Shown here piece after piece: positions 1-9,982 of a stretch of DNA of 64,000 bases (position 1 is its first letter; each line of letters opens with the position of its first letter). The stretch lies in assembly GCA_023404705.1 (NCBI GenBank), contig JAEYAU010000092.1, positions 7,527 through 71,526 of the forward strand, written 5' to 3'. The translations under genes and the position numbers were made by a program. The notes beneath the pieces were generated by a model that did not search any database, was not told the origin of the DNA, and saw only the letters and a program-made list of their open reading frames with translations. The DNA comes from Pseudomonadota bacterium. GTDB taxonomy: Bacteria > Pseudomonadota > Alphaproteobacteria > Rhizobiales > Xanthobacteraceae.

Positions 1-379
1 TCGTCGTCTGCACCACGTGGTCGAAGAAGGCGAGCGCGCGCTGCTCGCCCTTGAGCGCCATCTGCAGTGCGTGCCAGGGCGTCATCATGTAGTGCGCCTC
101 GGCGAAGTCGGCGGTCTCGGGGCTCTCGTCGTTCTTCCAGAGCGCCAGCTCGCGCGCCCGCGCGGTCACGTCGATGTCGCCCGCCATGCGGCGGATCTCT
201 TCGGCGTGAATGCCTTCGGCCCGGGCGAGGTCGCGGAAGATCTTCGCGAGCTCGGGATTGTTGTGAGCCTCCATTTGTCCAGCGAGCTGGTCGTAGCGTT
301 CGACGGCGTCCGACTCGATGCGATAGGCGATCGTGTAGAGCTCGGCGAGGTCGCCGATCGGCGGCAGGGCGGCGCTCAT
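1..379 (-). CDS. ferritin-like / rubrerythrin-like domain protein, N-terminal part (gene runs off the left edge)
   Basis: The minus-strand ATG at 379-377 overlaps the korB stop (ATGA). Hand translation gives MSAALPPIGDLAELYTIAYRIESDAVERYDQLAGQMEAHNNPELAKIFRDLARAEGIHAEEIRRMAG..., which is helical, has E/H-containing ferritin-like pairs and uses GC3-rich codons. It is missing from the ORF track only because it is open-ended. Confidence 0.55.
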   Translation of the reverse strand, partial: MSAALPPIGDLAELYTIAYRIESDAVERYDQLAGQMEAHNNPELAKIFRDLARAEGIHAEEIRRMAGDIDVTARARELALWKNDESPETADFAEAHYMMTPWHALQMALKGEQRALAFFDHVVQTT

Positions 380-1209
380 AGCACGAAATCCTCTTCCAGA
401 GCCGCGAGATCGGGCTTGTTGCGGCCGAAGGCGCCCTGATACGGCCGCCGGTTGCCGCGGAACAGCACGCCGATGTTGAAGCCGTCGTCGGTCATCAGGC
501 GGCGCGCCGCGCGGGCGGCATCGTCGGTCGCTTCCACGGGAGCGGGGCGCACCACGTTCTTCCACTCCTTCTCATCGGGGCGGAAGGTGACGCAGGGGCT
601 CAGGATCTCGATGAACGAGAAGCCCGGATGGCGGATCGCCTCCACGAGGATGTCGGCGGTCTCGTTGGGCGAGCCCGAGAAGGCGCGGGCGACGAAGTTC
701 GCGCCCGAGGCGAGGGCGATCACGAGCGGATGGAACGGGCTCACGCCGGTGCCGCCCGGTGCGAGGTCGCTGTCCCAGTCGGGCTCGGTGGTGGGCGAGG
801 GCTGGCCCTTGGTCATGCCGTAGACGCGGTTGTCCATGACGACGTAGGTCATGTCGACATTGCGCCGACAGGCGTGAAGGAAGTGGTTGCCGCCGATCGA
901 GTAGCCGTCACCGTCCCCGCTCGCGACCACGACCGTGAGATCGGGCCGCGTGACCTTCAGCCCGGCGGCGAGCGCGAGCGAGCGGCCGTGCACGCCGTGG
1001 AAGCCGTAGCAGTTGGTGTAAGCCGGGATGCGCGAGGAGCAGCCGATGCCGGAGATCACGGCGATCTGCTCGGGCGGCAAGCCCAGCTGCGCGAAGGCGC
1101 GGGTGAACGACATCAGCACGTGGTAGTCGCCGCAGCCCGGACACCAGACCGGCTGGACGTTGGACTTGTAGTCGCCTGGCTTGCAGGCGCGCATCTCGGC
1201 GGTCGACAT
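376..1209 (-). CDS. korB: 2-oxoglutarate:ferredoxin oxidoreductase, beta (TPP-binding) subunit
   Basis: This is the C-terminal 277 aa of the artefactual 376..4173 ORF. It reads MSTAEMRACKPGDYKSNVQPVWCPGCGDY... and has the TPP motif ASGDGDGYSIGGNH. The ATG at 1209 overlaps the korA stop (TGATG). Confidence 0.9.
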   Translation of the reverse strand: MSTAEMRACKPGDYKSNVQPVWCPGCGDYHVLMSFTRAFAQLGLPPEQIAVISGIGCSSRIPAYTNCYGFHGVHGRSLALAAGLKVTRPDLTVVVASGDGDGYSIGGNHFLHACRRNVDMTYVVMDNRVYGMTKGQPSPTTEPDWDSDLAPGGTGVSPFHPLVIALASGANFVARAFSGSPNETADILVEAIRHPGFSFIEILSPCVTFRPDEKEWKNVVRPAPVEATDDAARAARRLMTDDGFNIGVLFRGNRRPYQGAFGRNKPDLAALEEDFVL

Positions 1210-2942
1210 CAGGCCCTCCATTCCAGCAGTGCGCGATGAATCTCTCCGGGGGCGATGGGGAGCGGCCCGGGGCGGTTGAGCACCCGCACCTCGTCCGGCA
1301 GCTCGTAATGGGCCCGCAGATAGCGATGGAACTGCGCGCCGTGGGTCTGTTCGACCACGAGAACGCGTCTGACGCCGTCGAGCGCGGCGGCGAACTCCGC
1401 GGGCCGGATCGGATAGAGGAGGCGCGGCGCGATGAGGCGTGCGTTGACGCCGTCTGCGCGGGCGCGCGCGAGGCCTTCGCGCACCGCGCCGGTGAGCGAG
1501 CCCCAGGTCAGAATCGCGAGGTCGCCGTCTCCCTCCTGCGTTGCCCAGTGGTCGCCATAGGCAAACTGGTCGAGCTTGTCGCGCCGCTTGTCGAGCTGGG
1601 CGCGGTGATCCTCGGCGCGGCTGGTCGGAATGCCGCGCTCGGTGTGGGTGAGGCCATCCGCGGTGTACTGGCCGTTGGGCGTGCCCGGGATCGCCATGGC
1701 GGAAACGCCGTCGGCGGCGAGCGCATAGCGCTTGTAGGGGGCGGCGATCTCGTCGGCGCGGCGCCGCTGGCCGATGAAGGCGACGTCGGCCGGCCGCGCG
1801 ATCGCGGCGCGCGACTGGCCCATGAACTGGTCCGAGAGCACGATCGCGGGCACCTGCAGCGACTCGGCCAGATAGGTCGCCCACTGCGTCGTGAACAGGC
1901 AGTCGGCGACCGACTGCGGCGCCAGCACGAGGTGCGGCGCATCGCCGTGGAAACCGTAGATCGCGATGTTGAGATCGGCCTGCTCGGACTTGGTCGGGAT
2001 GCCGGTGGACGGCCCGCCGCGCATCACGTCGACGACCACCAGCGGGATCTCGGCCGCGGTGGCGAGGCCGAGCGCCTCGATCATCAGCGAGAGGCCGGGG
2101 CCCGAGGTGGCGGTGATCGATGGCGTGCCGCCGAACGAAGAGCCGATGATCATGTTGATGGAGGCGAGCTCGTCCTCGGCCTGCAGCAGCATACCGCCGG
2201 CTTTGACCAGGTTCGGCGCGAGCCATTCGAGGATCTCGGTCGCCGGCGTGATCGGGTAGGCGGCCGCGAAACGCACGCCGCCGCGAATGGCGCCGAGGCC
2301 GGTCGCCTCGTTGCCGGAGATCAGCCAGCGCTGCTCGGGCGTGCCCGTGGGCGGCGCGAGGCGCAGGCCAAGGCTGAACTCTTCCGCGGCCTCGAAGCCG
2401 GCGCGCAAGCCGGCGCGGCTCGCCGCGATCGCGGCCGCGCCTTTGCCGGCGAGGCGCTTCTCGAAGATCGTGCCGAGCGCGTCCTCGGCCATGCCGAGCA
2501 GCTTCGCCGCGATGCCGAGCGCGATCATGTTGGCGCGGCCGTCGGGCAGCGCCTTCGCGGTCTCCTTCATGGGCACGTTGATCAGGCGTGCGCCTGAGGC
2601 GAGGACGCCGGGCGGCGGCTCGCCGCCGCGCGGATCGCCGATCACCAGGCTGTCCGGGCCGAGCCGGATCTCCGCATCGAAGCGCTCGGCGTTCTGCCAG
2701 TCGATCGCGATCAGGAGGTCGAAGCGGTCCGAGAGGCATTCGATCGGCTGCGCCGCGATGCGCAGCAGCGCGGCCGCCTCGCCGCCGCGAATCTGCGGCC
2801 CGACCGTGCGGGTGAGGAGGCCGTGCCAGCCCGCGAGGCTCGCAGCCTCGAGCAGGAAATTGCCGGCCGTGAGTGCGCCGGCGCCGCCGCTGCCGACGAT
2901 CGCCAGCGATATGCTGGTCGCTTCCTTGGGATTCTCGCGCAT
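1209..2942 (-). CDS. korA: 2-oxoglutarate:ferredoxin oxidoreductase, alpha subunit
   Basis: ORF 1209..3011. The likely start is MRENPKEATSISLAIVGSGGAG at 2942, preceded by GGGAGCAGG. It has the pyruvate/2-oxoacid:ferredoxin oxidoreductase alpha/gamma architecture (GIPTKSEQADL, YPITPATEILEW). Confidence 0.88.
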   Translation of the reverse strand: MRENPKEATSISLAIVGSGGAGALTAGNFLLEAASLAGWHGLLTRTVGPQIRGGEAAALLRIAAQPIECLSDRFDLLIAIDWQNAERFDAEIRLGPDSLVIGDPRGGEPPPGVLASGARLINVPMKETAKALPDGRANMIALGIAAKLLGMAEDALGTIFEKRLAGKGAAAIAASRAGLRAGFEAAEEFSLGLRLAPPTGTPEQRWLISGNEATGLGAIRGGVRFAAAYPITPATEILEWLAPNLVKAGGMLLQAEDELASINMIIGSSFGGTPSITATSGPGLSLMIEALGLATAAEIPLVVVDVMRGGPSTGIPTKSEQADLNIAIYGFHGDAPHLVLAPQSVADCLFTTQWATYLAESLQVPAIVLSDQFMGQSRAAIARPADVAFIGQRRRADEIAAPYKRYALAADGVSAMAIPGTPNGQYTADGLTHTERGIPTSRAEDHRAQLDKRRDKLDQFAYGDHWATQEGDGDLAILTWGSLTGAVREGLARARADGVNARLIAPRLLYPIRPAEFAAALDGVRRVLVVEQTHGAQFHRYLRAHYELPDEVRVLNRPGPLPIAPGEIHRALLEWRA

Positions 2943-3002
2943 GGGCCTGCTCCCGGATCGCGGCCCTCTGAGCGCGGTTGCTCCGCGCCGGAGCCTTAAA
3001 AC

Positions 3003-3023
3003 AGCATTCAAGTACTAAATTAC
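3003..3023. promoter_or_regulatory. conserved AT-rich motif AGCATTcaaGTACTaAATTAC (candidate repressor operator, copy 1 of 3)
   Basis: It matches 16835..16855 at 17 of 21 positions and the reverse strand of 14417..14438 at 16 of 20. It lies in the korA/had divergent intergenic region beside an FNR-type box. Confidence 0.4.
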
Positions 3024-3039
3024 GTTTTTTCGGCGCTCC

Positions 3040-3053
3040 TTGTCCTAAATCAA
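3040..3053. promoter_or_regulatory. FNR/FixK-type box TTGTC-ctaa-ATCAA
   Basis: It has one mismatch to TTGAT-N4-ATCAA and is embedded in the inverted repeat ccttg-N8-caagg. It sits between the divergent korA (ATG 2942) and had (ATG 3145). Confidence 0.5.
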
Positions 3054-3144
3054 GGCGGCAAGCGGTCCCCGCCGCCGATGATCGCGCCACAACAAAGGTT
3101 CGCTGAGCCACGCGGTATCGGCGGACGAACCGAGGGAAACGCAA

Positions 3145-4212
3145 ATGAGCGAGCATCCGGTTCGTTGGATGATGACCGGCAAGGGCGAGCCCCTGGTGCC
3201 GGTCGCTTTCGAGGTGGGCGAGCCCGGACCGGACGAGGTCGTCGTCGAAATCGCGGGCTGCGGCGTCTGTCACACGGATCTCGGCTACTACTACGACGGC
3301 GTGCGCACCAAGCACGAACTGCCGCTCACGCTCGGCCACGAGATCAGCGGTCACGTGATCGCGGCGGGCGCCAATGCGGTCTGGTGGACCGACCGCGCAG
3401 TGATCGTCCCGGCCGTGATCCCCTGCGGCCACTGCGATGCCTGCAAGCGCGGCAAGCCGACGATCTGCCCGAATCAGAAGATGCCCGGCAACGACATTCA
3501 TGGCGGCTTCGCGACGCACATCATCGTGCCGGCGCACGGGCTCTGCGCGGTCGACGAAGTGCGGCTCAACGCGGTCGGCATTGAGCTCGCGGACCTCTCG
3601 GTGATCGCTGACGCCGTGACCACGCCTTACCAGGCCGTGACCCAGGCCGGCGTGCGGGAGGGCGATCTCGTGATCGTCAACGGCGTTGGCGGCGTCGGCG
3701 GCTATGCGGTTCAGGTCGCCCGGGCGCTCGGCGGCACCGTGGTCGCGATCGACGTCAGCGCGGACAAGCTCGAGGCCATCGCGACACAGGGCGCGGCGCT
3801 CACGCTCAACGCGCGCGAGCTCTCGCCGCGCGATCTCAAGGCCGCGATCCAGACCTTCGCCAAGCAGCGCGGGCTGCGGCAGACCGAATGGATCATCCTG
3901 GAATGCTCCGGCACGCGCGCCGGGCAGGAGACCGCCTTCGGCCTGATCAACCACGGCGCCACGCTCGGCGTTGTCGGCTTCACCATGGACAAGGTCGAGG
4001 TGCGGCTCTCCAACCTGATGGCGTTCCACGCGCGCGCCATCGGCAACTGGGGCTGCCCGCCGGAGCTCTATCCGGCCGCGCTCGAGCTGGTGCTCAACGG
4101 CAAGGTCAAGGTGGTGCCGTTCGTCGAGAAGCACCCGCTGAGCGAGATCAATCAGGTGTTCGAAGCCGCACATGCGGGCGCGCTCAAGCGCCGCGCGGTG
4201 CTCGTGCCATAG
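3145..4212 (+). CDS. had: 6-hydroxycyclohex-1-ene-1-carbonyl-CoA dehydrogenase (Zn-dependent MDR alcohol dehydrogenase family)
   Basis: ORF 3145..4212. It has the Zn-ADH motifs [15 protein letters not shown] and [10 protein letters not shown] and the Rossmann motif [11 protein letters not shown]. It sits immediately upstream of oah and dch. The RBS is GAGGGA. Confidence 0.8.
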   Translation: MSEHPVRWMMTGKGEPLVPVAFEVGEPGPDEVVVEIAGCGVCHTDLGYYYDGVRTKHELPLTLGHEISGHVIAAGANAVWWTDRAVIVPAVIPCGHCDACKRGKPTICPNQKMPGNDIHGGFATHIIVPAHGLCAVDEVRLNAVGIELADLSVIADAVTTPYQAVTQAGVREGDLVIVNGVGGVGGYAVQVARALGGTVVAIDVSADKLEAIATQGAALTLNARELSPRDLKAAIQTFAKQRGLRQTEWIILECSGTRAGQETAFGLINHGATLGVVGFTMDKVEVRLSNLMAFHARAIGNWGCPPELYPAALELVLNGKVKVVPFVEKHPLSEINQVFEAAHAGALKRRAVLVP

Positions 4213-4241
4213 CGCAGACGCAATCGATCAGGGAGCAGGTC

Positions 4242-5354
4242 ATGAACGCGAAGGATCACGGGCTCGTCGCCGAGGCGGTGCGCGAGACGGTCAGCAAGGG
4301 CGTGCACTTCGAGAAGCGGCCCGTGAAGGACTGGAACGGCAATCCGGTCGCCGGCCTCTACAACGCCTGGATCACGCTCGACAACCCGTCGCAGTTCAAC
4401 TCCTACACGACCGACATGGTGAAGGGCACGATCCTCGCCTTCCGCGCCGCGAGCGCGGCGCGCGACGTGGTCGCGGTGGTGTTCACGGGAGCGGGCGACA
4501 AGGCCTTCTGCACCGGCGGCAACACCAAGGAATACGCCGAGTATTACGCTGGCAATCCGCAGGAATATCGCGGCTACATGCGGCTCTTCAACGACATGGT
4601 CTCGGCGATCCTCGCCTGCGACAAGCCGGTGGTGTGCCGCGTCAACGGCATGCGCATCGGCGGCGGCCAGGAAATCGGAATGGCCTGCGACTTCTCCCTA
4701 GCGCAGGACCTGGCCCGCTTCGGTCAAGCGGGTCCCAAGCACGGCTCGGCCCCGATCGGCGGCGCGACGGATTTCCTGCCCGTCGTCATCGGAGCCGAGC
4801 GTGCCATGGCGGCTTGCGTGCTGTGCGAGCCGTTCTCGGCGCACGAGGCCTATTCGTGGGGCATGCTCACCGACATCGTTCCGGCGCTGAAGGTGGACGG
4901 CAAGTTCGTCGCCAATCCGCTGGTGGAGACGAGCCGGAGCTTCGACGAGTACGGCCGCAATGTCTTCGGTAAGCCGAAGACCGGCGAGGCGCTCAAGGCC
5001 GGCCAGGAGCTGATGAAGCGCGGCACCGTGGACCTGAGCCTGCTCGACGAGAAGGTCGAGTCGCTCTGCACCAAGCTGCTCTACACGTTCCCGGACTGCA
5101 CGACCAAGACGGTCGAGGAGCTGCGCAAGCCGAAGCTCGACGCCTGGAACCGCAACAAGGAGAACGCGCGCGCCTGGCTCGCCCTCAACATGATGACCGA
5201 GGCGCGCGCCGGCTTCCGCGCCTTCAACGAGGGCACGCGCGAGAGCGGCCGCGAGGTCGACTTCGTGGCGCTGCGCCGCGCGCTCGCAGCCAATACGCCG
5301 TGGAGCGACGGCCTCACCGACAGCATCCAACCGCTGGCCCGGAAGGCGTCATGA
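4242..5354 (+). CDS. oah: 6-oxocyclohex-1-ene-1-carbonyl-CoA hydrolase (ring-cleaving crotonase, Oah/BamA type)
   Basis: In-frame ATG at 4242 (MNAKDHGLVAEAV...) inside ORF 3888..5354, with RBS GGGAGCAGG. It is a ~370-aa crotonase with the long C-terminal extension typical of Oah (FTGAGDKAFCTGGN, NGMRIGGGQE). Confidence 0.85.
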   Translation: MNAKDHGLVAEAVRETVSKGVHFEKRPVKDWNGNPVAGLYNAWITLDNPSQFNSYTTDMVKGTILAFRAASAARDVVAVVFTGAGDKAFCTGGNTKEYAEYYAGNPQEYRGYMRLFNDMVSAILACDKPVVCRVNGMRIGGGQEIGMACDFSLAQDLARFGQAGPKHGSAPIGGATDFLPVVIGAERAMAACVLCEPFSAHEAYSWGMLTDIVPALKVDGKFVANPLVETSRSFDEYGRNVFGKPKTGEALKAGQELMKRGTVDLSLLDEKVESLCTKLLYTFPDCTTKTVEELRKPKLDAWNRNKENARAWLALNMMTEARAGFRAFNEGTRESGREVDFVALRRALAANTPWSDGLTDSIQPLARKAS

Positions 5355-6118
5355 GCGCGCCGCTCAAGATCTGGTTCGAGGCCGAAGGTCGGCTGCTGCG
5401 GCTGCGGCTGAGCCGGCCCAAGGCGAACCTGATCGACGCCGCCATGATCGCGGCGCTCGACCAGGCGCTCGCGCTGCATCTGGAGAACCGCAACCTCGCG
5501 GCCGTGCTGATCGACGCGGAAGGCCCGCATTTCAGCTTCGGGGCCAGCGTCGAAGAACACATGCCGGAGCAGTGCGCCGACATGCTGCGTGGCCTGCACG
5601 GCCTGGTGCTGCGCATGGTCGAGTCGCATGTGCCGATCCTGGTCGCGGTGCAGGGACAGTGTCTCGGCGGCGGACTCGAGGTCGCGCTCGCCTGTCACCT
5701 GATGTTCGTCGCGGCGGACGCGAGGCTCGGCCAGCCCGAGATGAAGCTCGGCGTGTTCGCGCCGGCGGCTTCATGCCTGCTGCCCGAGGTGGTCGGGCCG
5801 GTGCGGGCGCTGGACCTGCTGCTCTCGGGCCGCAGCATCACGGGCGCGGACGCGGTCGCGATGGGGCTCGCGCAGGGCGCGAGCGACGACCCTCAGGCCG
5901 CGGCGCTCGCCTGGTTCACCGAGCATCTCGCGGCGAAGAGCGCGAGCTCGCTGCGCTACGCCACGACGGCCGCCCGTTTCGACTACGCGGTGCGCGTGCG
6001 GGCGAAGATCGAGGCCGTGGAGCGGATGTACCTCCACGAGCTGATGAAAACTCACGACGCAGTCGAGGGCCTCGAGGCCTTCATGGAGAAGAGGGCGGCG
6101 CAATGGCAGCATCGCTGA
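5351..6118 (+). CDS. dch: cyclohexa-1,5-diene-1-carbonyl-CoA hydratase
   Basis: MSAPLKIWFEAEGRLLRLRLSRPKANL..., a crotonase fold (GQCLGGGLEVALACH). The ATG at 5351 overlaps the oah stop (ATGA). Confidence 0.8.
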   Translation: MSAPLKIWFEAEGRLLRLRLSRPKANLIDAAMIAALDQALALHLENRNLAAVLIDAEGPHFSFGASVEEHMPEQCADMLRGLHGLVLRMVESHVPILVAVQGQCLGGGLEVALACHLMFVAADARLGQPEMKLGVFAPAASCLLPEVVGPVRALDLLLSGRSITGADAVAMGLAQGASDDPQAAALAWFTEHLAAKSASSLRYATTAARFDYAVRVRAKIEAVERMYLHELMKTHDAVEGLEAFMEKRAAQWQHR

Positions 6119-7326
6119 ACCACAATGGGCATGCCAATGGCGCGAACGGCGCCTCGCATGCCGGCACGGCGGCAATCGTGGAACGCGCGCAGGCGTTGTT
6201 CGACGATCTCTCCTTCACGGCCGCACGGGCGTGGAAGGACGCGGCGCCGGGACGCAAGGTGGTCGGCTACATGCCGATCTACGTGCCACGTGAGCTGATC
6301 CACGCGGCAGGCTTCCTGCCGCTCGGGATCGTCGGCGGCGGCGACCAGCTCGAGGTGATCCACGGCGACGCCTATTACCAGAGCTATATCTGCCGCATCC
6401 CGCGCTCGACCATCGAGCTCGGCGTCTCGGGCCGGCTCGACTTCACGGACGGCATGCTGTTCCCGTCGATCTGCGACGTGATCCGCAATCTTTCGGGCAT
6501 GTGGAAGACGATGTTCCCGGATGTCTATGTGCGCTACTTCGACGTGCCGCAGAACTACCGCGACGACATCGGCGGCAACTATTACGTCAATGAGCTCTCC
6601 GAGCTGCTGCACGATCTCGGCACGTTGCGCGGGCGGCCCATCACTGACGACGAGCTGCGCGCCTCGATCGCGGTCTACAACGAGAACCGCAAGCTGGTGC
6701 GCGCCCTCTACGAGCTGCGCGCGCGGCGGCCCTGGCAGGTGCCGGCCGCGGAGGCCTACCTGATTCTGCGCGCCGGCCTGGTGCTCCCCGTCGAGGAGCA
6801 CTCGCAGATGCTGCGCGATTACCTGGCGGCGGCAGCCGCCGAGGAGCGGCCGAAGCGCGACAACTGCCGCGTAGTCGTCACCGGCGTCTTCTGCGAGCAA
6901 CCGCCGCTCAACCTGATCAAGTCGCTCGAGCTCGCCGGCTGCTACGTGGTGGACGACGACCTCTTGCTGGTGACGCGCTGGCTCACCGAGGACGTGCCGC
7001 TCGAGGGCAATCCGCTGCAGAACTTGGCGCTCGCCTTCCTGCACCACTCCGAGTCGACGGCCGCGAAATACGAGCCGAACCTGAAGGAGAAGGGACAGCA
7101 CCTGGTGCGCGCCGTGCAACGCTCCGGCGCCGAAGGCGTGATCTTCGCCTCGCCGAGCTTCTGCGATCCGGCGCTGCTCGACCGGCCGATGCTGCAGCAC
7201 GTCCTCAAGGACGCAGGCATCCCCTACATCGCGTTCAAATACGCGGAGAACTCCGGCCAGATGCAGCCGATCCGCGAGCAGGCCGGCACATTCGCAGATT
7301 CGATCAAGCTGTGGAGCGGAGCATGA
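6103..7326 (+). CDS. bcrC: benzoyl-CoA reductase subunit C (BcrC/BadD)
   Basis: ATG at 6103 (MAASLNHNG...) within ORF 5572..7326. It belongs to the BcrC/2-hydroxyacyl-CoA dehydratase family (YMPIYVPRELIHAAG, CDPALLDRP). It is followed by bcrB, bcrA and bcrD. Confidence 0.88.
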   Translation: MAASLNHNGHANGANGASHAGTAAIVERAQALFDDLSFTAARAWKDAAPGRKVVGYMPIYVPRELIHAAGFLPLGIVGGGDQLEVIHGDAYYQSYICRIPRSTIELGVSGRLDFTDGMLFPSICDVIRNLSGMWKTMFPDVYVRYFDVPQNYRDDIGGNYYVNELSELLHDLGTLRGRPITDDELRASIAVYNENRKLVRALYELRARRPWQVPAAEAYLILRAGLVLPVEEHSQMLRDYLAAAAAEERPKRDNCRVVVTGVFCEQPPLNLIKSLELAGCYVVDDDLLLVTRWLTEDVPLEGNPLQNLALAFLHHSESTAAKYEPNLKEKGQHLVRAVQRSGAEGVIFASPSFCDPALLDRPMLQHVLKDAGIPYIAFKYAENSGQMQPIREQAGTFADSIKLWSGA

Positions 7327-8636
7327 CGACGATCACGACACCGAAGGCTGCGCCTGCCAAGGACGTCGTCAAGGACGACTCCATGCTGAAGCAGAAGGAG
7401 ATGATGGCGGCGCATTACGACCGCCTGACGAGCACCGCCGAGACCGGCAAGAAGGTGGTGTCCACCTTCGTGCCCGGCAATCTCAACGAGCTCATCATGT
7501 GCTTCGACCTCCTCAACAACCTGCCGGAGGTCAACGCGATCCAGAGCGGCCTGCGGCGCCAGAGCGGGGCCTATGTGCTGGAAGCCGAGAAGATCGGCCA
7601 CTCCGAGGACGTCTGCACCTATGTGAAGTCCGACGTCGGCATGATGGCCAAGGGCAATATCGGCCCGAACGGCAAGAAGCTGCCGAACCCGGACGCGCTG
7701 CTGCTCTCCTACACGGGCTGCTTCACCTTCATGAAGTGGTTCGAGCTGCTGCGCGAGCAGTACAAGTGCGAGACCATCATGTTGCACACGCCCTATATGG
7801 GCGACGGCAAGATCACGCCGAACATGGTCGAGTACATGGTCAAGCAGCTCAAGGAGGAGGTGATTCCGAAACTGGAGCGGATCTCGGGCGTCAAGTTCGA
7901 CATCGACCGGCTGCGCGAGTATCTGAAGAAGTCGGTGAAGGCCGAGGACGATCTCGTCTATGTGCTGAAGACCGCGAAGAACAAGCCGTCGCCGATCGAC
8001 GCCTATTTCGGCGGTATCTACTACATCGGCCCGATCTTCGGCGCCTTCCGCGGCACCGATGACGCGATCGACTACTACCGCTTCCTGCGCGCGGAATGCG
8101 ACGCGCGGCTGGCCGAAGGCAAGGGGCCGGTGACGCCGGACGGCGACATGGGCAAGGAGCGCTATCGGCTCGTGGTCGAGGGCCCGCCGAACTACACGAA
8201 CTTCCGTCAGTTCTGGAAGATGTTCTACGACGAGGGCGCGGTCGTCGTCGCCTCCAGCTACACCAAGGTGGGCGGCGTCTACGATCTCGGCTTCCGCCAC
8301 GATCCCGACAAGCCGCTGGAGACGCTCGCCGAGTATTGCCTCGGCGTCTACACCAACCGCAGCCTGCCGATGCGCATCGACATGCTGACGAATTACATCA
8401 ACGAGTACGAGGCCGACGGGCTGCTGATCAACTCGATCAAGAGCTGCAACAGCTTCTCGGCCGGCCAGCTCCTGATCATGCGCGAGGTCGAGAAGCGAAC
8501 CGGCAAGCCGGCGGCGTTCGTCGAGTCCGACTTGGTCGACCCGCGCTACTTCTCGGCGGCCAACATCAAGAACCGCCTGGAGAGCTACTTCCAGATGATC
8601 GAGCAGAAGCGCGCCGGCGGGCGCGCGGCTGCCTGA
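7323..8636 (+). CDS. bcrB: benzoyl-CoA reductase subunit B (BcrB/BadE)
   Basis: The ATG at 7323 ([10 protein letters not shown]...) follows GGAGCGGAG and overlaps the bcrC stop (ATGA). It is a BcrB-type sequence ([23 protein letters not shown]). Confidence 0.88.
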   Translation: MTTITTPKAAPAKDVVKDDSMLKQKEMMAAHYDRLTSTAETGKKVVSTFVPGNLNELIMCFDLLNNLPEVNAIQSGLRRQSGAYVLEAEKIGHSEDVCTYVKSDVGMMAKGNIGPNGKKLPNPDALLLSYTGCFTFMKWFELLREQYKCETIMLHTPYMGDGKITPNMVEYMVKQLKEEVIPKLERISGVKFDIDRLREYLKKSVKAEDDLVYVLKTAKNKPSPIDAYFGGIYYIGPIFGAFRGTDDAIDYYRFLRAECDARLAEGKGPVTPDGDMGKERYRLVVEGPPNYTNFRQFWKMFYDEGAVVVASSYTKVGGVYDLGFRHDPDKPLETLAEYCLGVYTNRSLPMRIDMLTNYINEYEADGLLINSIKSCNSFSAGQLLIMREVEKRTGKPAAFVESDLVDPRYFSAANIKNRLESYFQMIEQKRAGGRAAA

Positions 8637-8647
8637 GGGAGCGCGCC

Positions 8648-9982
8648 ATGAAGACCTTCGTCGGCATCGATCTCGGCTCGACCACCACCAAGGCGATTCT
8701 CCTCGACGAGAACCGCGACGTGATCGGGCGGGGCATCACCAACTCGCGCTCCAACTACGCGACCGCCGCACGCGTCGCCAGCGAGGAGGCGCGGGTGGAC
8801 GGACGCTTCACCCTGTTCCGCCGGGCGCTCGCCGAGGCGCAAGGGCTCGGCATGCGGCTGGACGACTTCCTGGGCGCGCTGGAACGCGCGTTCCGGCTGG
8901 AGCAGTTCCTCGAGCAGCTCGAGGACCTGCAGCAGACCTGCGTCGGCCTGGTGCAGGGCGAGCGCTTCGCGGGCCGCGAGGCGGGCGTCAAGGAGGCGCT
9001 CGGCGAGGTATTCGCGCGGCTGCGCGCCGAGGCGCCGGAGCTGTATGCGCCGGGTGCCAAGCGCAAGTCGGACTTCTTCCGCGACATCGCGGGCTCGCGC
9101 TATCACGCCCAGGCCGAGGAGGTCGCGCGCGACGCGGGTCTTCCCTACGACTTGCTGCTGAACGTTTACGACAAGTCGATCATCGACGTGGAGAACCGGC
9201 CGCCGGCCGGCGGGCTGAGCGACAAGTTCCGCCGCGCCATGGTGCGCGTGCTGGAGGGCGATCCGACCCTGAAGTCCGCGAGCCGCGACGTGCTGCCCGT
9301 GATCGAGCGCACGCTCGCGATCGAGCTCGAGGAGACCTACCTGGTCGGCACCGGCTACGGCCGCGTCACGCTGCCCTTCTCCAAGGAGCACATCCGCTCC
9401 GAGATCCTCTGCCACGGGCTCGGCGCCCACATGATGTATCCGAAGACCCGTACGGTGCTCGACATCGGCGGCCAGGATACCAAGGGCATCCAAGTCGACG
9501 AGAGCGGCATCGTCGCGAACTTCCAGATGAACGACCGCTGCGCGGCCGGCTGCGGACGCTATCTCGGCTACATCGCGGACGAGATGAATATGGGCCTGCA
9601 CGAGCTCGGGCCGCTCGCCATGAAGTCCGACCGGCCGGCGCGCATCAACTCGACCTGCACGGTGTTCGCGGGCGCCGAGCTGCGCGACCGGCTCTCGCTC
9701 GGCGAGAAGCGCGAGGACATCCTGGCGGGGCTGCATCGCGCCATCATCCTGCGCGCGATCTCGATCATCTCGCGCTCCGGCGGGGTCACCGACGAGTTCA
9801 CCTTCACGGGCGGCGTCGCCAAGAACGAGGCGGCGGTGCGCGAGCTGCGCAAGCTCATCAAGGAGAACTACGGCGAGGTGACGATCAACATCAATCCGGA
9901 GTCCATCTACACGGGCGCGCTCGGGGCGGCGGAGTTCGCACGGCGCGCCCATAACGGGCAGATCCAGGGAGTCGAACCATGA
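8648..9982 (+). CDS. bcrA: benzoyl-CoA reductase subunit A (ATP-binding, BcrA/BadF)
   Basis: [20 protein letters not shown]... is a BcrAD_BadFG ATPase fold with the long insertion typical of BcrA. The cluster-bridging Cys region is [13 protein letters not shown]. Confidence 0.88.
   Translation: MKTFVGIDLGSTTTKAILLDENRDVIGRGITNSRSNYATAARVASEEARVDGRFTLFRRALAEAQGLGMRLDDFLGALERAFRLEQFLEQLEDLQQTCVGLVQGERFAGREAGVKEALGEVFARLRAEAPELYAPGAKRKSDFFRDIAGSRYHAQAEEVARDAGLPYDLLLNVYDKSIIDVENRPPAGGLSDKFRRAMVRVLEGDPTLKSASRDVLPVIERTLAIELEETYLVGTGYGRVTLPFSKEHIRSEILCHGLGAHMMYPKTRTVLDIGGQDTKGIQVDESGIVANFQMNDRCAAGCGRYLGYIADEMNMGLHELGPLAMKSDRPARINSTCTVFAGAELRDRLSLGEKREDILAGLHRAIILRAISIISRSGGVTDEFTFTGGVAKNEAAVRELRKLIKENYGEVTININPESIYTGALGAAEFARRAHNGQIQGVEP

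Noticed and set aside
376-4173. A 1265-aa minus-strand ORF, the longest in the left part of the track.
   Set aside because: Only its last 277 codons (korB) look like protein. The rest is an Arg/Ala/Pro/Gly-rich read-through antisense to had and in a different frame from korA. This is typical of stop-poor frames in GC-rich DNA.
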